A DNA stretch of 64,000 nt from an uncultured virus (IMG/VR IMGVR_UViG_3300021958_000021). Taxonomy: Duplodnaviria; Heunggongvirae; Uroviricota; Caudoviricetes. Position 1 is the stretch's first letter, and every line of letters starts with the position of its first letter. The position numbers and the translations under genes were made by a program. The stretch covers positions 1 through 64,000 of the IMG/VR virus record IMGVR_UViG_3300021958_000021. The stretch is one strand, 5' to 3'. Under the pieces are notes generated by a model. The model was given only the letters and a program-made list of their open reading frames with translations. It had not been told where the DNA came from and ran no database searches. Shown here in pieces: positions 37,293 to 47,096 of this stretch.

Positions 37293-38104
37293 CCAGTAAT
37301 AATAAAACAAACGCAGTTGATGAAGGAATGACTAACAATGCAAGAGTTATTGCCTTCAAAGAAAAGTTGAAGAAACAAACAGAAGGACGAATGGCTAGAA
37401 ACAATCGTCTTATTTGTGGTATTTGGGGAGAGCCTAAGACTGTTAAAAGCGGTTTGGCTTTAGATTTTCCCGATAAACAGATTTATGTTCTTGACTGGGA
37501 TGATGGTTGCGAACCTACTTGGAGACAAAACCATGAAATGACGGATAGGATTACACTTTGGAATCCCGAAGTCCGAAACAAGAATGGTGAGTTAGATATT
37601 CAAAAGTCTGAAGCAAACTCAGAAGATTTTGTTTTGTTCGTCAAATCAAAGATTGAAGAAGGCGAAGATGTTTTGTTTGTCTTTGATGGAATTGATAAGT
37701 GGCTTGACTGTTGCACTTTAAATGTGACAGGTTCTTCAAAGATTGGAAAGCCCCAAAAGATGAAGTTTGAGTGGGGAAAGCGAAACGCACCATTCTATTC
37801 TCTTCTTATGATGTGCAAGAATCTTGATTGCGACCAAATCTACATTACTCATGCTAAAGCAGATTACGGCGCAACAGGAGAAGTTATTGGTTCTAAACCA
37901 AACTGGCATAATTGGGGTGATTATCTGTATCAAATTATTTCAACAAGAAGAACACGCAAAAAGAATGATGTTGTGTATAAGGCTGAATTACTCAGCAGTA
38001 AAACCAACACCGAATTAGTGGGCAAAACTTGGGAAACTCTAACCGTTGGTGGTGGAAATGTTTCTTGGGAAGGAATGCCTGAATTGCGTGAGGGATTGAT
38101 TTGA
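37283..38104 (+). CDS. RecA-superfamily / Sak4-like P-loop ATPase (probable recombinase)
   Basis: IWGEPKTVKS Walker A variant, VLDWD, FVFDGID, YITH. Confidence 0.65.
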   Translation: MGLTSNNKTNAVDEGMTNNARVIAFKEKLKKQTEGRMARNNRLICGIWGEPKTVKSGLALDFPDKQIYVLDWDDGCEPTWRQNHEMTDRITLWNPEVRNKNGELDIQKSEANSEDFVLFVKSKIEEGEDVLFVFDGIDKWLDCCTLNVTGSSKIGKPQKMKFEWGKRNAPFYSLLMMCKNLDCDQIYITHAKADYGATGEVIGSKPNWHNWGDYLYQIISTRRTRKKNDVVYKAELLSSKTNTELVGKTWETLTVGGGNVSWEGMPELREGLI

Positions 38105-38364
38105 ATGACTTTCATTTAGATTGTGCATATTGCGGTGAATCTATAATTAGTTGGAATAGGCTATGTCAATATGGGGATTATAGGACTATTAAAACTGATA
38201 GAGGGAACTTTTTAGTTTGTAAGGAACATAGTCCGGCCAAAGTAAAAAAGAAATTTTCAAGAGTTCCTTGTCGCCACAAAAATAAAGACGGAACAGATTG
38301 CCGCTATGAGGCTAATAATGTAAAGCCGTATTACTGTGCAAGACATGGTGGTGGAAAAATATGA
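38101..38364 (+). CDS. Small Cys/His-rich protein
   Basis: CAYC...CKEH...C...C...CARH. Confidence 0.55.
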   Translation: MNDFHLDCAYCGESIISWNRLCQYGDYRTIKTDRGNFLVCKEHSPAKVKKKFSRVPCRHKNKDGTDCRYEANNVKPYYCARHGGGKI

Positions 38365-39128
38365 AATTTGAAGTAAATTCAAACGACCTAAGAGAAGCAT
38401 TAGAAAGCGTTCAAGTGAAAGGCAAAGGAACAACAAATAGTGGGTTTGGCTCAACCAATTTCGGCACTTATGCTTATTTGGTGGCTGATACTGCTTCTAT
38501 TGAAATATGGAATGGAAATGCTACCTTTTGTGTCAAAATTAGCATTGATGCCGAGGTTGAAGAACAAGGTAGGGTTTGTTTAAATAGTGAAACTGTTATT
38601 CCCTATCTAAAAAACTTTAGTGGCGAGAATATTATTTTTTCTGTGAATGATTTTATCCTTATCAATTGCGGAACGAAGAAGGCCTCAATTCCCTTAGTAG
38701 TAAATCATCCAAATGCTGATGCTATTTCAAGAATGCAAAACATGATGAATCCTATTTCATATGAAATTCAGCCGCAAACATTTTTTAACTTTGGTAAATC
38801 CAAGTTTGAAGGTGCATTTACTCTTACACAAAGACAATTACAGGATGCAATTAAAGCCTGTGAATTAGTCAAAAGTGGAGTGTATAAGTTTGATTTTAAT
38901 AATGGGGTGTTGAATGTCTCAACACGCCAAAATGTTACAAACAAATACGAAGAAACAATAACTCCTGCTTTTCCTACGGGAGAACCTGCTACGGTGGAGT
39001 TTAGTTCACCAATTTATGCTTTCTTTGAGAAAGACCAGATGTTGAATTTTTATCTAAAAGATGACTTTCCTCTTTTAGTAGTAGCGAATGATAGAATACT
39101 GTTGAAAGCACCACATATTTCAGGGTGA
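38361..39128 (+). CDS. pcn: PCNA-like sliding clamp
   Basis: 255 aa with clamp-like alternating beta/alpha pattern and C-terminal PLLV...LLKAP; directly upstream of PolB. Confidence 0.7.
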   Translation: MKFEVNSNDLREALESVQVKGKGTTNSGFGSTNFGTYAYLVADTASIEIWNGNATFCVKISIDAEVEEQGRVCLNSETVIPYLKNFSGENIIFSVNDFILINCGTKKASIPLVVNHPNADAISRMQNMMNPISYEIQPQTFFNFGKSKFEGAFTLTQRQLQDAIKACELVKSGVYKFDFNNGVLNVSTRQNVTNKYEETITPAFPTGEPATVEFSSPIYAFFEKDQMLNFYLKDDFPLLVVANDRILLKAPHISG

Positions 39129-39134
39129 ATAATA

Positions 39135-40814
39135 ATGATAATTAGTAAAATGAATGATGGAATGAGAATATATAAATCTTGGAGAGAAAACGGAGAGAAA
39201 AAACATGAAATTGTTTCCTTTAGACCTTACTTCTATGTTTTACAAGATGAACCTGAGCGACCTCACTATAAACCTACTAAATATCTTACTAGGGATTTTG
39301 AGTATCAGCGTGGCGATTGGGTTAATCTTGCGGGACAACCTTTGAAAAAAGTATTTGTTGAGTCAGCACAAGATATTAGGAACGCTAAGAATGAGTTTAG
39401 GGAAACCTATGAAGCCGATGTTCCTTTTCACTTTCGGTATTGTGTTGATGAGTTAGATGAAATGCCCGAATATAAACTGCGTAAGTGGTATTGGGATATG
39501 GAATGGGCGCAAGGTGGAGACTATCACGACCAATTGACTACTATTGTTGTGTATGATAATTACGACGAAGAATATATTCAATGGGTATGGTTTCCTGAGA
39601 AAATGCACATGAAACCTTCATTTCCATATGAAGAAATTTCTACGCCCCCTAACGGCCTTGTGCGTTTCTTTCCGTCAGAAAAAGAAATGATTGAGAATTT
39701 TATGAACACTATGATTGTTAAAGACCCCGATATGTTAATTGCTTGGTTCGGTCATTTTGCTGATTTACCAAAGTTATTTGAACGGGCTTGTGCGGTGGGT
39801 CTTGACCCTCGTATTATTTCACCAACTGCAACAGTTAAGGGAGTAAAATCTGTAAAAGATGGCTATGAGTTTAAATATTCGGAGAAAGGTTTTTCTCCAA
39901 TTGAACAACCTATTGGCGGGCGAATTACTCTTTCTTTGGACTTAGCATTTGAAAGACAATGGAATGATTCTCAAAGAGGAACATTACCTTCTCTTTCTCT
40001 TGATTATATCGGTGAAACTGTTCTTGGTAAAAAGAAGTTAGTATCGGAAAAGTTTCCTGACCCTAACGATTTTTACCGAAGAGCATGGCTTGAAGATACA
40101 GCAACTTATCTTAAATATGCTTTAAGAGATGTTGAATTAATGGTTGAAATTGATGAGAAGAACTTTTGTAGTGAAGCAATTGTTTCTCTTCAACGATTAC
40201 TGAAAGCACCATTTGATGCTTGTTTTTATGCTTCTCATATGGGTTCTATTTACTTTATGCGAAATGCTGATTGGAAAGCACCAACAGGTAGTAAAGTAGA
40301 TAAAAGACAAGAATATGAAGGTGCTATGATTTACGACCCACTAAGCGAAGGAACCAATGGTTTGCACCTTAATGTAGCCGCTTTTGATTTTGCTGGTCTA
40401 TATCCTTCAATGATGATTGCACGAAACATTTCTTGGGAGACAAAATCTGTTGAGCCAACTGAGTTTGGAGTTAATATTCTAACTCCTAGAGATTTCAGCG
40501 ATGTTAAACATGAACAAGTGCTATATTACAAAACAGACAAACTCGGCTTGTTGCCGAGAGCCGTTCTTGAGTTGAAGGAACTCCGCAACGAATATAAACG
40601 ACTGATGCGAGAGGCGAGAGAAACGGACAATGGCGAATATGCGAAGTGGTATAACAATCAAATGGCTGTTAAGAGATTAATGGCTTCTTTCTATGGTATT
40701 GTTGCCTTTCAAGGATTCGGTTGGGCTGATGTTGATTTAGCCGCAAGTATCACGGCCAGCGCAAGAGAAGCAATTAGATTAGCCGCATTTGCAGCAAAGG
40801 AGATGGAAATATGA
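39135..40814 (+). CDS. polB: Family B DNA polymerase, N-terminal part (exonuclease plus motifs A and B)
   Basis: WDMEW, YALRDVE, YEGAMI, FDFAGLYPS, KRLMASFYG; ends before motif C. Confidence 0.92.
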   Translation: MIISKMNDGMRIYKSWRENGEKKHEIVSFRPYFYVLQDEPERPHYKPTKYLTRDFEYQRGDWVNLAGQPLKKVFVESAQDIRNAKNEFRETYEADVPFHFRYCVDELDEMPEYKLRKWYWDMEWAQGGDYHDQLTTIVVYDNYDEEYIQWVWFPEKMHMKPSFPYEEISTPPNGLVRFFPSEKEMIENFMNTMIVKDPDMLIAWFGHFADLPKLFERACAVGLDPRIISPTATVKGVKSVKDGYEFKYSEKGFSPIEQPIGGRITLSLDLAFERQWNDSQRGTLPSLSLDYIGETVLGKKKLVSEKFPDPNDFYRRAWLEDTATYLKYALRDVELMVEIDEKNFCSEAIVSLQRLLKAPFDACFYASHMGSIYFMRNADWKAPTGSKVDKRQEYEGAMIYDPLSEGTNGLHLNVAAFDFAGLYPSMMIARNISWETKSVEPTEFGVNILTPRDFSDVKHEQVLYYKTDKLGLLPRAVLELKELRNEYKRLMREARETDNGEYAKWYNNQMAVKRLMASFYGIVAFQGFGWADVDLAASITASAREAIRLAAFAAKEMEI

Positions 40815-40912
40815 AAGAATGTAAAAGATGTAAAAGACGACGGGCCGTTCACCCAATACACGGATATTGCTGGAATTGTTATAGACAATGGAGATGGGAA
40901 AATGAAAACTAA
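40811..40912 (+). CDS. 33-aa Zn-finger microprotein between the PolB halves
   Basis: MKECKRC...YCWNCY; ATGA overlap with the PolB-N stop. Confidence 0.5.
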   Translation: MKECKRCKRRRAVHPIHGYCWNCYRQWRWENEN

Positions 40913-41072
40913 ATATGTAACGATTAAAGTATCATATGATACAGAAGAAACTTGGGATATTACTTTACAAGAAGTAAAGGAGTTATTTCAAATGATGAAT
41001 AATTTAAAGCGTCATGCTATCATTATAGAAGTTGAACAAGGTGTTAATCGTGATGATGGACAGGACGAATGA
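40902..41072 (+). CDS. 56-aa hypothetical protein between the PolB halves
   Basis: MKTKYVTIKVSYDTEETW...; overlapping start and stop. Confidence 0.5.
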   Translation: MKTKYVTIKVSYDTEETWDITLQEVKELFQMMNNLKRHAIIIEVEQGVNRDDGQDE

Positions 41073-41181
41073 ATTACTGGAAGAGTTGCTAGCCATGATA
41101 AATAGAAGCAACAAGATTTTGATGATGGTTAATATAGTAAATATTGCGACTATCATTACGCTACTGGTGGTGGTATTATGA
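41053..41181 (+). CDS. 42-aa membrane microprotein between the PolB halves
   Basis: MMDRTNELLEELL...VNIATIITLLVVVL. Confidence 0.5.
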   Translation: MMDRTNELLEELLAMINRSNKILMMVNIVNIATIITLLVVVL

Positions 41182-41372
41182 GAGATGAAGAATTTTATTT
41201 TGAAGCATTAAAGGAAATTAAGAAAATGAAAGAACAGTTAGAAAACGAATTAGAGGACATGGAAATCAAACTTCGTTCTCTTCAATTGGTTAAGAGGCAG
41301 ATTATGGAACTCCAATATGAAGTTGCTAAAATACAAAAAGAACCTGTTGGTATGCTTTTTTCTTTAGGGTGA
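41178..41372 (+). CDS. Coiled-coil hypothetical protein
   Basis: 64 aa; ATGA overlap. Confidence 0.55.
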   Translation: MRDEEFYFEALKEIKKMKEQLENELEDMEIKLRSLQLVKRQIMELQYEVAKIQKEPVGMLFSLG

Positions 41373-41376
41373 TTAT

Positions 41377-42270
41377 ATGAAAGTAGTATATGGACACACA
41401 GATTCAATTTATGTGCAAATTGATTCTGTTGAAACTGCTGAATCTGCAATTAAGCAGATTGAGGCAAAAGTGCGAGAGCATTTTCCTAATGTAATGGGAC
41501 TGGAAAATCATCCTGTTGTTCTTGAATTTGAGAAATACTATTCTGCTTTGGGTGTTGGAACAACAAAGAACCGCAACGCTGGATTAGTTTCTTGGGAAGA
41601 TGGAGAATGGTTAGATAAGCCAAAGTTTAGTATGACTGGTTTTACTGCAAAGCGTGTTAGTGAAACTAAATTAGCAAAAGAAGTGCAAACTAATACTCTT
41701 AAAATGTGGGTTGAACAAAAATCTTATGCAGAAATTACTAAGTATTTGCATGAAACCTTTAGCGCAGTAAATAACGGTGAAATTCCTCTTGCTTCTATTA
41801 TTAAGAGAAGTCGTCTAAGACAAAACAGATTTACTGTTAAATGCCCCGATTGTAACACTAAATATAATTTAAGAAACTGTTCTACTTTACCGCACAAAGT
41901 TTGCGAAAAGTGCGCTACACCAACGAAGCAATTCACCACTCTTGAAGGAAAGAAACCTACTATTGGTTCAGGAATTGCTGGTGTTTTATACGCATGGGAA
42001 AAGAAAAACACTAATTTTGATGACTCTTATCTCTTCTTAAAAGTAAAGAGGGTAAATGATTTCTATACCCATCCTTTAACTCAAGAAAAGCGAGAAGTTG
42101 AATACTTATCAGGCATAACCTACGAGGATTTTGAGGGTTGTAGTCCCGATTGGGACTTCTATTCTCAACAGGTGGTTAAGAAGGCCGACCCTATTTTCAA
42201 GGCGATGGGGTGGGATATAGCGTCTATACGGACGGGAAAAATACAAGCAAGCCTTGACGAATGGTGGTGA
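41377..42270 (+). CDS. polB: Family B DNA polymerase, C-terminal part (motif C plus thumb)
   Basis: YGHTDSIYV, LEFEK, KNRNAG, G...KR; inserted CPDC...CEKC Zn finger. Confidence 0.9.
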   Translation: MKVVYGHTDSIYVQIDSVETAESAIKQIEAKVREHFPNVMGLENHPVVLEFEKYYSALGVGTTKNRNAGLVSWEDGEWLDKPKFSMTGFTAKRVSETKLAKEVQTNTLKMWVEQKSYAEITKYLHETFSAVNNGEIPLASIIKRSRLRQNRFTVKCPDCNTKYNLRNCSTLPHKVCEKCATPTKQFTTLEGKKPTIGSGIAGVLYAWEKKNTNFDDSYLFLKVKRVNDFYTHPLTQEKREVEYLSGITYEDFEGCSPDWDFYSQQVVKKADPIFKAMGWDIASIRTGKIQASLDEWW

Positions 42271-42274
42271 AAAA

Positions 42275-43201
42275 ATGAATACAGAAGAAAAATATGAAGC
42301 ACGAATTAAATCAATGAGAGAGTTCACTTACGATTGGTCGCCAGAAAATTATGACGACCCTTCAAAACCAATTTTGAAGATTAGCAAATCTTCTCTTGTT
42401 GGTGCTTTTTCTTGGTGTCCAAAGAAGTATGACTTCTCATATATTCAGCGTTTGCCTCAAGACCAAACCGAGGCCATGAGGAAAGGAACTATTCTTCACA
42501 ATAGCAGGGAAGCGTTCTTTGATGAGTTTGATATTAAGAAAGCAGAACAGATGAACAATTCTGAAGTGCTGGAATACTGCACTTCTCTTATGCCTGTTGA
42601 TGATTATTTTGACATTTCTTTGACGGTTGCTGCTTTTGAAGCACAGCGATTTATTGAAGCAAGAACGGAAGATAGAGTCCATGAGTTTTTACCTGTTATT
42701 AATGAGAAGAAGTTTGATTGTGAATTTACTCTCCGAAAAAATACGAGTAAGAAATATCCATTACAACGAGATTATGTTATTCGCCTTCAAGGTATTATTG
42801 ACCGTGTATTTATTGAGAACGGCAAACTTATTCCCTTTGAATATAAAACAGGAGGTTGGAAAGAATCTAAAGCATCTTCTATGCGTCAAGAAATGGCCTT
42901 TTATCAGTTGATGATTGAAAATGCACCCGAAGAAGTTTTAGAAAAACACGGTTTAACAAAAGACATGGAGGTTAGTCATTGGGGCTGGTATTATCCTGTT
43001 GCTAATCACATTACGGTTGAACCTGTTAAGAAGCAATCAATGACAGCACTATTGAATAATATGGCTAAGTTAGTCTATACTTATGAACAAAGAGCATTTG
43101 AGGAAGTAGATTTCCCTGCTATTTTTTGGAGACAGACCTGTTCCCAATATTGTTCTTATTATGGTATTTGTCCTGCGGCTCAAGAGGATGCTTGGTTATG
43201 A
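42275..43201 (+). CDS. Cas4/AddB-like PD-(D/E)xK exonuclease
   Basis: WCPK, GTILH, GIIDR, EYKTG, Q...Y, and C-terminal CSQYC...C Fe-S ligands. Confidence 0.85.
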   Translation: MNTEEKYEARIKSMREFTYDWSPENYDDPSKPILKISKSSLVGAFSWCPKKYDFSYIQRLPQDQTEAMRKGTILHNSREAFFDEFDIKKAEQMNNSEVLEYCTSLMPVDDYFDISLTVAAFEAQRFIEARTEDRVHEFLPVINEKKFDCEFTLRKNTSKKYPLQRDYVIRLQGIIDRVFIENGKLIPFEYKTGGWKESKASSMRQEMAFYQLMIENAPEEVLEKHGLTKDMEVSHWGWYYPVANHITVEPVKKQSMTALLNNMAKLVYTYEQRAFEEVDFPAIFWRQTCSQYCSYYGICPAAQEDAWL

Positions 43202-43408
43202 TAAAAGGAGGTGAAAAAATGGTTGATTTAAAGAAAACAAGAGAAAATTTTAAGAGAGACACTAGGAGAGCATATAGACTGAGACAGGCTACTATGGAAA
43301 AAATAGGGGTCAATTCCTATGAAGATTTTTTGATTGAAGAACTCATCAAAAAACATTATGCTCAATTCTCGCACATTGATTACGAAAAATTATTGGAGGC
43401 TCTTTTAG

Positions 43409-43780
43409 ATGAAAGAATTAATTGAAAAGAAAGTCCTGTCAAGAAATTGGACATTTAATGAGATTTCAAATCTTAATGATACAGTAGTATCTTTATCACA
43501 AGATATTTATTCAGAAATGACGCTCATTGAAAAATTTAAACTTGTCCAAGATTTGAGAATCAAAGAGGACTATGTGGGAGCATATTTTGAAGATGTTCTC
43601 AAACTTACTGTAATGACAGTATTAAATGGCGAAATTGCTATGGTAATGAAGCAATTATTGAATGGTGCAACAATTAGTTTTGGAGGTAATAATAATGAAA
43701 TTTCCGAGGGAAGTATGGGCGGGGAGCCACATCAAGAACGCCCCACAAATGAAAAGAAAAGTCGTCTTAGCGAGGAATGA
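43409..43780 (+). CDS. Hypothetical protein
   Basis: 123-aa coupled ORF. Confidence 0.55.
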   Translation: MKELIEKKVLSRNWTFNEISNLNDTVVSLSQDIYSEMTLIEKFKLVQDLRIKEDYVGAYFEDVLKLTVMTVLNGEIAMVMKQLLNGATISFGGNNNEISEGSMGGEPHQERPTNEKKSRLSEE

Positions 43781-44735
43781 TTATGCTGACTTTATTAATG
43801 CTCAAAATAACAGGACGAATGTATATACTACTGTCTATGACTTTGAACATTTTTCGGAAAAAGCAAAAATAGAATCTTCTGTTATTATTGATAGAGTTTT
43901 TCTTGATTTTGATGCACATGAAAATGACTTAGATTTGGCTTGGAGGGATGTTAAAGTGGTAATGCAATTAGTCCATGCAAAAGATTATTTGCATACTCTT
44001 TTCTTTTCAGGTCGTGGATTTCATTTGTTTTTATTTGGTAAGAGAACAAAGAATATGAGAAATGTTCAAACCTTTTTCCGAGAAATTAAAGCATATCTTT
44101 CTTCAAAAGTGGGTAGCAAAAATAGTCTTGATGATAGGGTAGGGCAAACTACGAGATTGCGCCGTATTCCAAACACCGTTAATATGTCATCTTCGGATGA
44201 TAATGGTAATCCTTATTATTGCATACCTTTAACACGGTTTGACCTTATGTGTGAAATTGAAGATATTCTTGAAATTGCGAAAGAGCCTCGCCTTATCCCC
44301 TTCCAAAAGGACGGAAAAAACGAGGTGTTGTTTCCCGATGCACCCCCTATGGCGACGATAGAGGGAGAGATTTCTGTCCCAAAAACAGTAGGAAAACTCC
44401 CAATGTTGCCTTGTTTGCATAATGCAGTAATGACGGAGAATCCCTCCCATATGTCAAGGGCTTACCTTGTTTCATGGTATCGTGATTTGATTTCAGGCTA
44501 CCGTGATTTGATTTCAGGACAACAAAAAATGCAAACACTTGAGTTAGTCGTTGAAGAACTTGAAAGAGTATTTGCTAATTCTGATTCTGTTTGGTTAGAT
44601 TGGGATAAAAACGAAACGAGAAAACACGCAAGATTTACAGTATTCAATAACTACAATACTCCCCATTGTGATAAATTAATTAGTGAAGGATATTGTGTAG
44701 GTAAATGTTGGAGGTTCCCCGATGCTGATAATTGA
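43695..44735 (+). CDS. Archaeo-eukaryotic primase: PriS catalytic domain fused to a PriL-like Fe-S C-terminal domain
   Basis: FLDFD, SGRGFHL, RLRRIPNT, then LPCL...H..R...YNTPHC...YC...C. Confidence 0.85.
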   Translation: MKFPREVWAGSHIKNAPQMKRKVVLARNDYADFINAQNNRTNVYTTVYDFEHFSEKAKIESSVIIDRVFLDFDAHENDLDLAWRDVKVVMQLVHAKDYLHTLFFSGRGFHLFLFGKRTKNMRNVQTFFREIKAYLSSKVGSKNSLDDRVGQTTRLRRIPNTVNMSSSDDNGNPYYCIPLTRFDLMCEIEDILEIAKEPRLIPFQKDGKNEVLFPDAPPMATIEGEISVPKTVGKLPMLPCLHNAVMTENPSHMSRAYLVSWYRDLISGYRDLISGQQKMQTLELVVEELERVFANSDSVWLDWDKNETRKHARFTVFNNYNTPHCDKLISEGYCVGKCWRFPDADN

Positions 44736-45411
44736 TTCAAGAGAAAAATCAAAACTAGCCAAACTAGTTATGCAGAAAGCAAAAGGATTACAGATTCCTT
44801 TTGAACAGCGTTGGATTGAGATTGGTGATTATGTTTATGATGATATTTGTTTTGAAGCAAAATCCACGACTGATTTCTTAGGTTCAGTAATGTCAAAAAG
44901 ATTATGGACTCAAGTTGATAATATGGATAGACATTACAAAACAAATGTAGTAATTATTCATGGTAGTCTTGATGAAGCAATTATGAATGTTATTGAGAAC
45001 TCTCCTAGCAAAATGCCTATCGGAACAAGAAGTATTATGTTAAACAATAAGTTTCTTGGGGCAATAGGTAGACTTATTCTTGATACGGATATTAAACCAG
45101 TATGGGTAGAAACAGAAGAAGAGGCCGCACTTATTATCACGGCAGTTAGCAAAATGAAACCAATGACAAGAGATGTAATTGCACCTCAAGTATTTAAAAG
45201 ATTAACAACCGATGATTTAAGACTTGATTTATTGTCTAGCATTAAAGGCGTTTCAATAAAGAAAGCAAAAAAATTAATAAAAGAATTTGGTTCTATTATG
45301 GAAATAGGTGAATGTTCAGCGTTTGAATTACAAGCCATTGAAGGTATCGGAGAAACCTTAGCCAAAAGAATTATCTCCACATTAAACTCAGAAGAGAAGG
45401 TGAAAATATGA
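44722..45411 (+). CDS. ERCC4/XPF-family nuclease with HhH tail
   Basis: IIDSRE, GDY, EAKS..DF..S, and IKGVS and IEGIG helix-hairpin-helix motifs. Confidence 0.9.
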   Translation: MLIIDSREKSKLAKLVMQKAKGLQIPFEQRWIEIGDYVYDDICFEAKSTTDFLGSVMSKRLWTQVDNMDRHYKTNVVIIHGSLDEAIMNVIENSPSKMPIGTRSIMLNNKFLGAIGRLILDTDIKPVWVETEEEAALIITAVSKMKPMTRDVIAPQVFKRLTTDDLRLDLLSSIKGVSIKKAKKLIKEFGSIMEIGECSAFELQAIEGIGETLAKRIISTLNSEEKVKI

Positions 45412-46871
45412 ATGAAGAATATGATGAAGAAGAATATATGGAATTACTTGAAACCAATGCAGGTGTTTTTAGCGAAGCCTTACCAAGAATTGTTAGAGAG
45501 TTTCAATCATCAGCAGTTGAAGTATCACACTATAATGATATTCCTGCTGGTATTTGTTTTTTCAATATTTTAGGTCAAATCGTGAAAGATTTTATCACGA
45601 TTCCTAATGGAAGAAACCACGAAGATACTAGAATACATTTTTGTTGGGTGCAAACTAGTGGAACTGGGAAATCTACAATGTGGAACTTTGTTGGGCCTGT
45701 TGCTGAAAAAACATTTGCTATGATTAATTCTAGCAACAAACACCCTCCGTTTGTTCGTAATAACTTACCTATGAACCGCATTTTCAATACTTTCGGCGTG
45801 ACGGATTATACTGATTCTGTTCTTATTGGTGGCTATGACAAAGAAATGAATGATGAGGATGAAGTTGAATTTGTGCGAAGGCCTGGAGTTTTAGAAGGAA
45901 ATGGGCTTGCTCATTGGGATGAGTTTGAATATTCTGGTATCTTTAAACAAAGCCAGCACAAAGAAAACTCAATTGTTTATCTAAATACTTTGATGAACTC
46001 ATTAGCAGGTGAGTCTTGGATTATTTCTAAGGCTTTGACTTCCTTTGGTGGTATGATTATGGAATGTTTTTGTGAGCGTTCTGTTTTGGCTATGACTTAT
46101 CCGCCTAATAATCTAAACGATGTTATGGCTGAAAAGGGTGTTCTTCAAAGAATGCTTTTGTATGTTTGGGAAGTGCCTGAGTTTATTCAGCATAAAATGC
46201 GTCTTGAGCAAATTGAAAAGGCTGGAACTATTGAAGAAGTAAATCAACCAATTGATAAATATGCAAATGCTATCTTTAAGATTTATGAACTTACTCAACA
46301 ACGATTTAATGAGGTAGGAGGCGACCCTCTCAAAACAATGCGTTATACTGAAGATTTCAACCAAGTGTTAAAATTAGAATATGAAAGCATGAGAATGTAT
46401 CTTCATAATACTCGCCCCGATGTTGCTAAAATTGCAGGTAATTTTACTACCCGTTTAATGAAGATTCTCTATAAAATGTCTGTTCTTTGTAGTGTGGCTT
46501 CTGCACCTTCAATTAAGAATAAAGACCAACAATTTGTTGTTACGGGGCATAATGTCCGTCAAGCGGCAACAATCGTCCGACAATGTTATATGACATTGGT
46601 AGATTGGCTAGAGCGAAGCCTCCGAGCGAAGCGCAAGAGCATAGCCGAGAACTCGCTTGAATCAGTCTTTATTGATGTTTATACTAAAATGAAGAAAGAT
46701 GACGAAGGTTTCGTCAATAAGACAACTCTCTTAACAGAAGTCCGAACAAAGGCTAAGAAATCAAGAGCGCAAGTGTATAGACATTTTGATGTAATTAGAC
46801 ACAAGTTTGAAGAACAAAAAGGGTCAAATAACAGGACTTATGTTAAGTTAATTAGGAGTGATGAAGAATGA
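45408..46871 (+). CDS. MCM-like AAA+ replicative helicase
   Basis: SGTGKS, PGVLE, WDEFE, LQR, TTR sensor-like motif and C-terminal winged helix. Confidence 0.7.
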   Translation: MNEEYDEEEYMELLETNAGVFSEALPRIVREFQSSAVEVSHYNDIPAGICFFNILGQIVKDFITIPNGRNHEDTRIHFCWVQTSGTGKSTMWNFVGPVAEKTFAMINSSNKHPPFVRNNLPMNRIFNTFGVTDYTDSVLIGGYDKEMNDEDEVEFVRRPGVLEGNGLAHWDEFEYSGIFKQSQHKENSIVYLNTLMNSLAGESWIISKALTSFGGMIMECFCERSVLAMTYPPNNLNDVMAEKGVLQRMLLYVWEVPEFIQHKMRLEQIEKAGTIEEVNQPIDKYANAIFKIYELTQQRFNEVGGDPLKTMRYTEDFNQVLKLEYESMRMYLHNTRPDVAKIAGNFTTRLMKILYKMSVLCSVASAPSIKNKDQQFVVTGHNVRQAATIVRQCYMTLVDWLERSLRAKRKSIAENSLESVFIDVYTKMKKDDEGFVNKTTLLTEVRTKAKKSRAQVYRHFDVIRHKFEEQKGSNNRTYVKLIRSDEE

Positions 46872-47095
46872 AGTGGGAAAACACATACCTAGTGTTTCAA
46901 GTTGAGAAAGGGCCAAAAGTGATTATTGATACTTTAAACACTTATGGTGAAGATGGTTGGGAATGTTGTTCTCAATTAATCGTAGCAAATAAGCAGATTG
47001 TCTGCTTTTTGAAGCGAAGAACTGACCTTGATGAAGAACCAAAGGTGAACAAGGAAGAAGAAAAGATTAGTAAATTGTGGTCTAATGGTGAATGA
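46868..47095 (+). CDS. Small DUF4177-like protein
   Basis: KWE...LNTYGEDGWE...FLKR. Confidence 0.6.
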   Translation: MKWENTYLVFQVEKGPKVIIDTLNTYGEDGWECCSQLIVANKQIVCFLKRRTDLDEEPKVNKEEEKISKLWSNGE

Positions 47096-47096
47096 T

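Noticed and set aside
40814..41377. Intein or self-splicing intron interrupting PolB
   Set aside because: No Cys/Ser-start or His-Asn-end intein motifs and no recognisable intron core; the gap is filled by translationally coupled small ORFs.
42275..43201. Cas4-like gene as evidence of a CRISPR-Cas system
   Set aside because: Stand-alone Cas4/AddB-like nucleases are common in archaeal virus replication modules; no cas1/cas2 or array is present.
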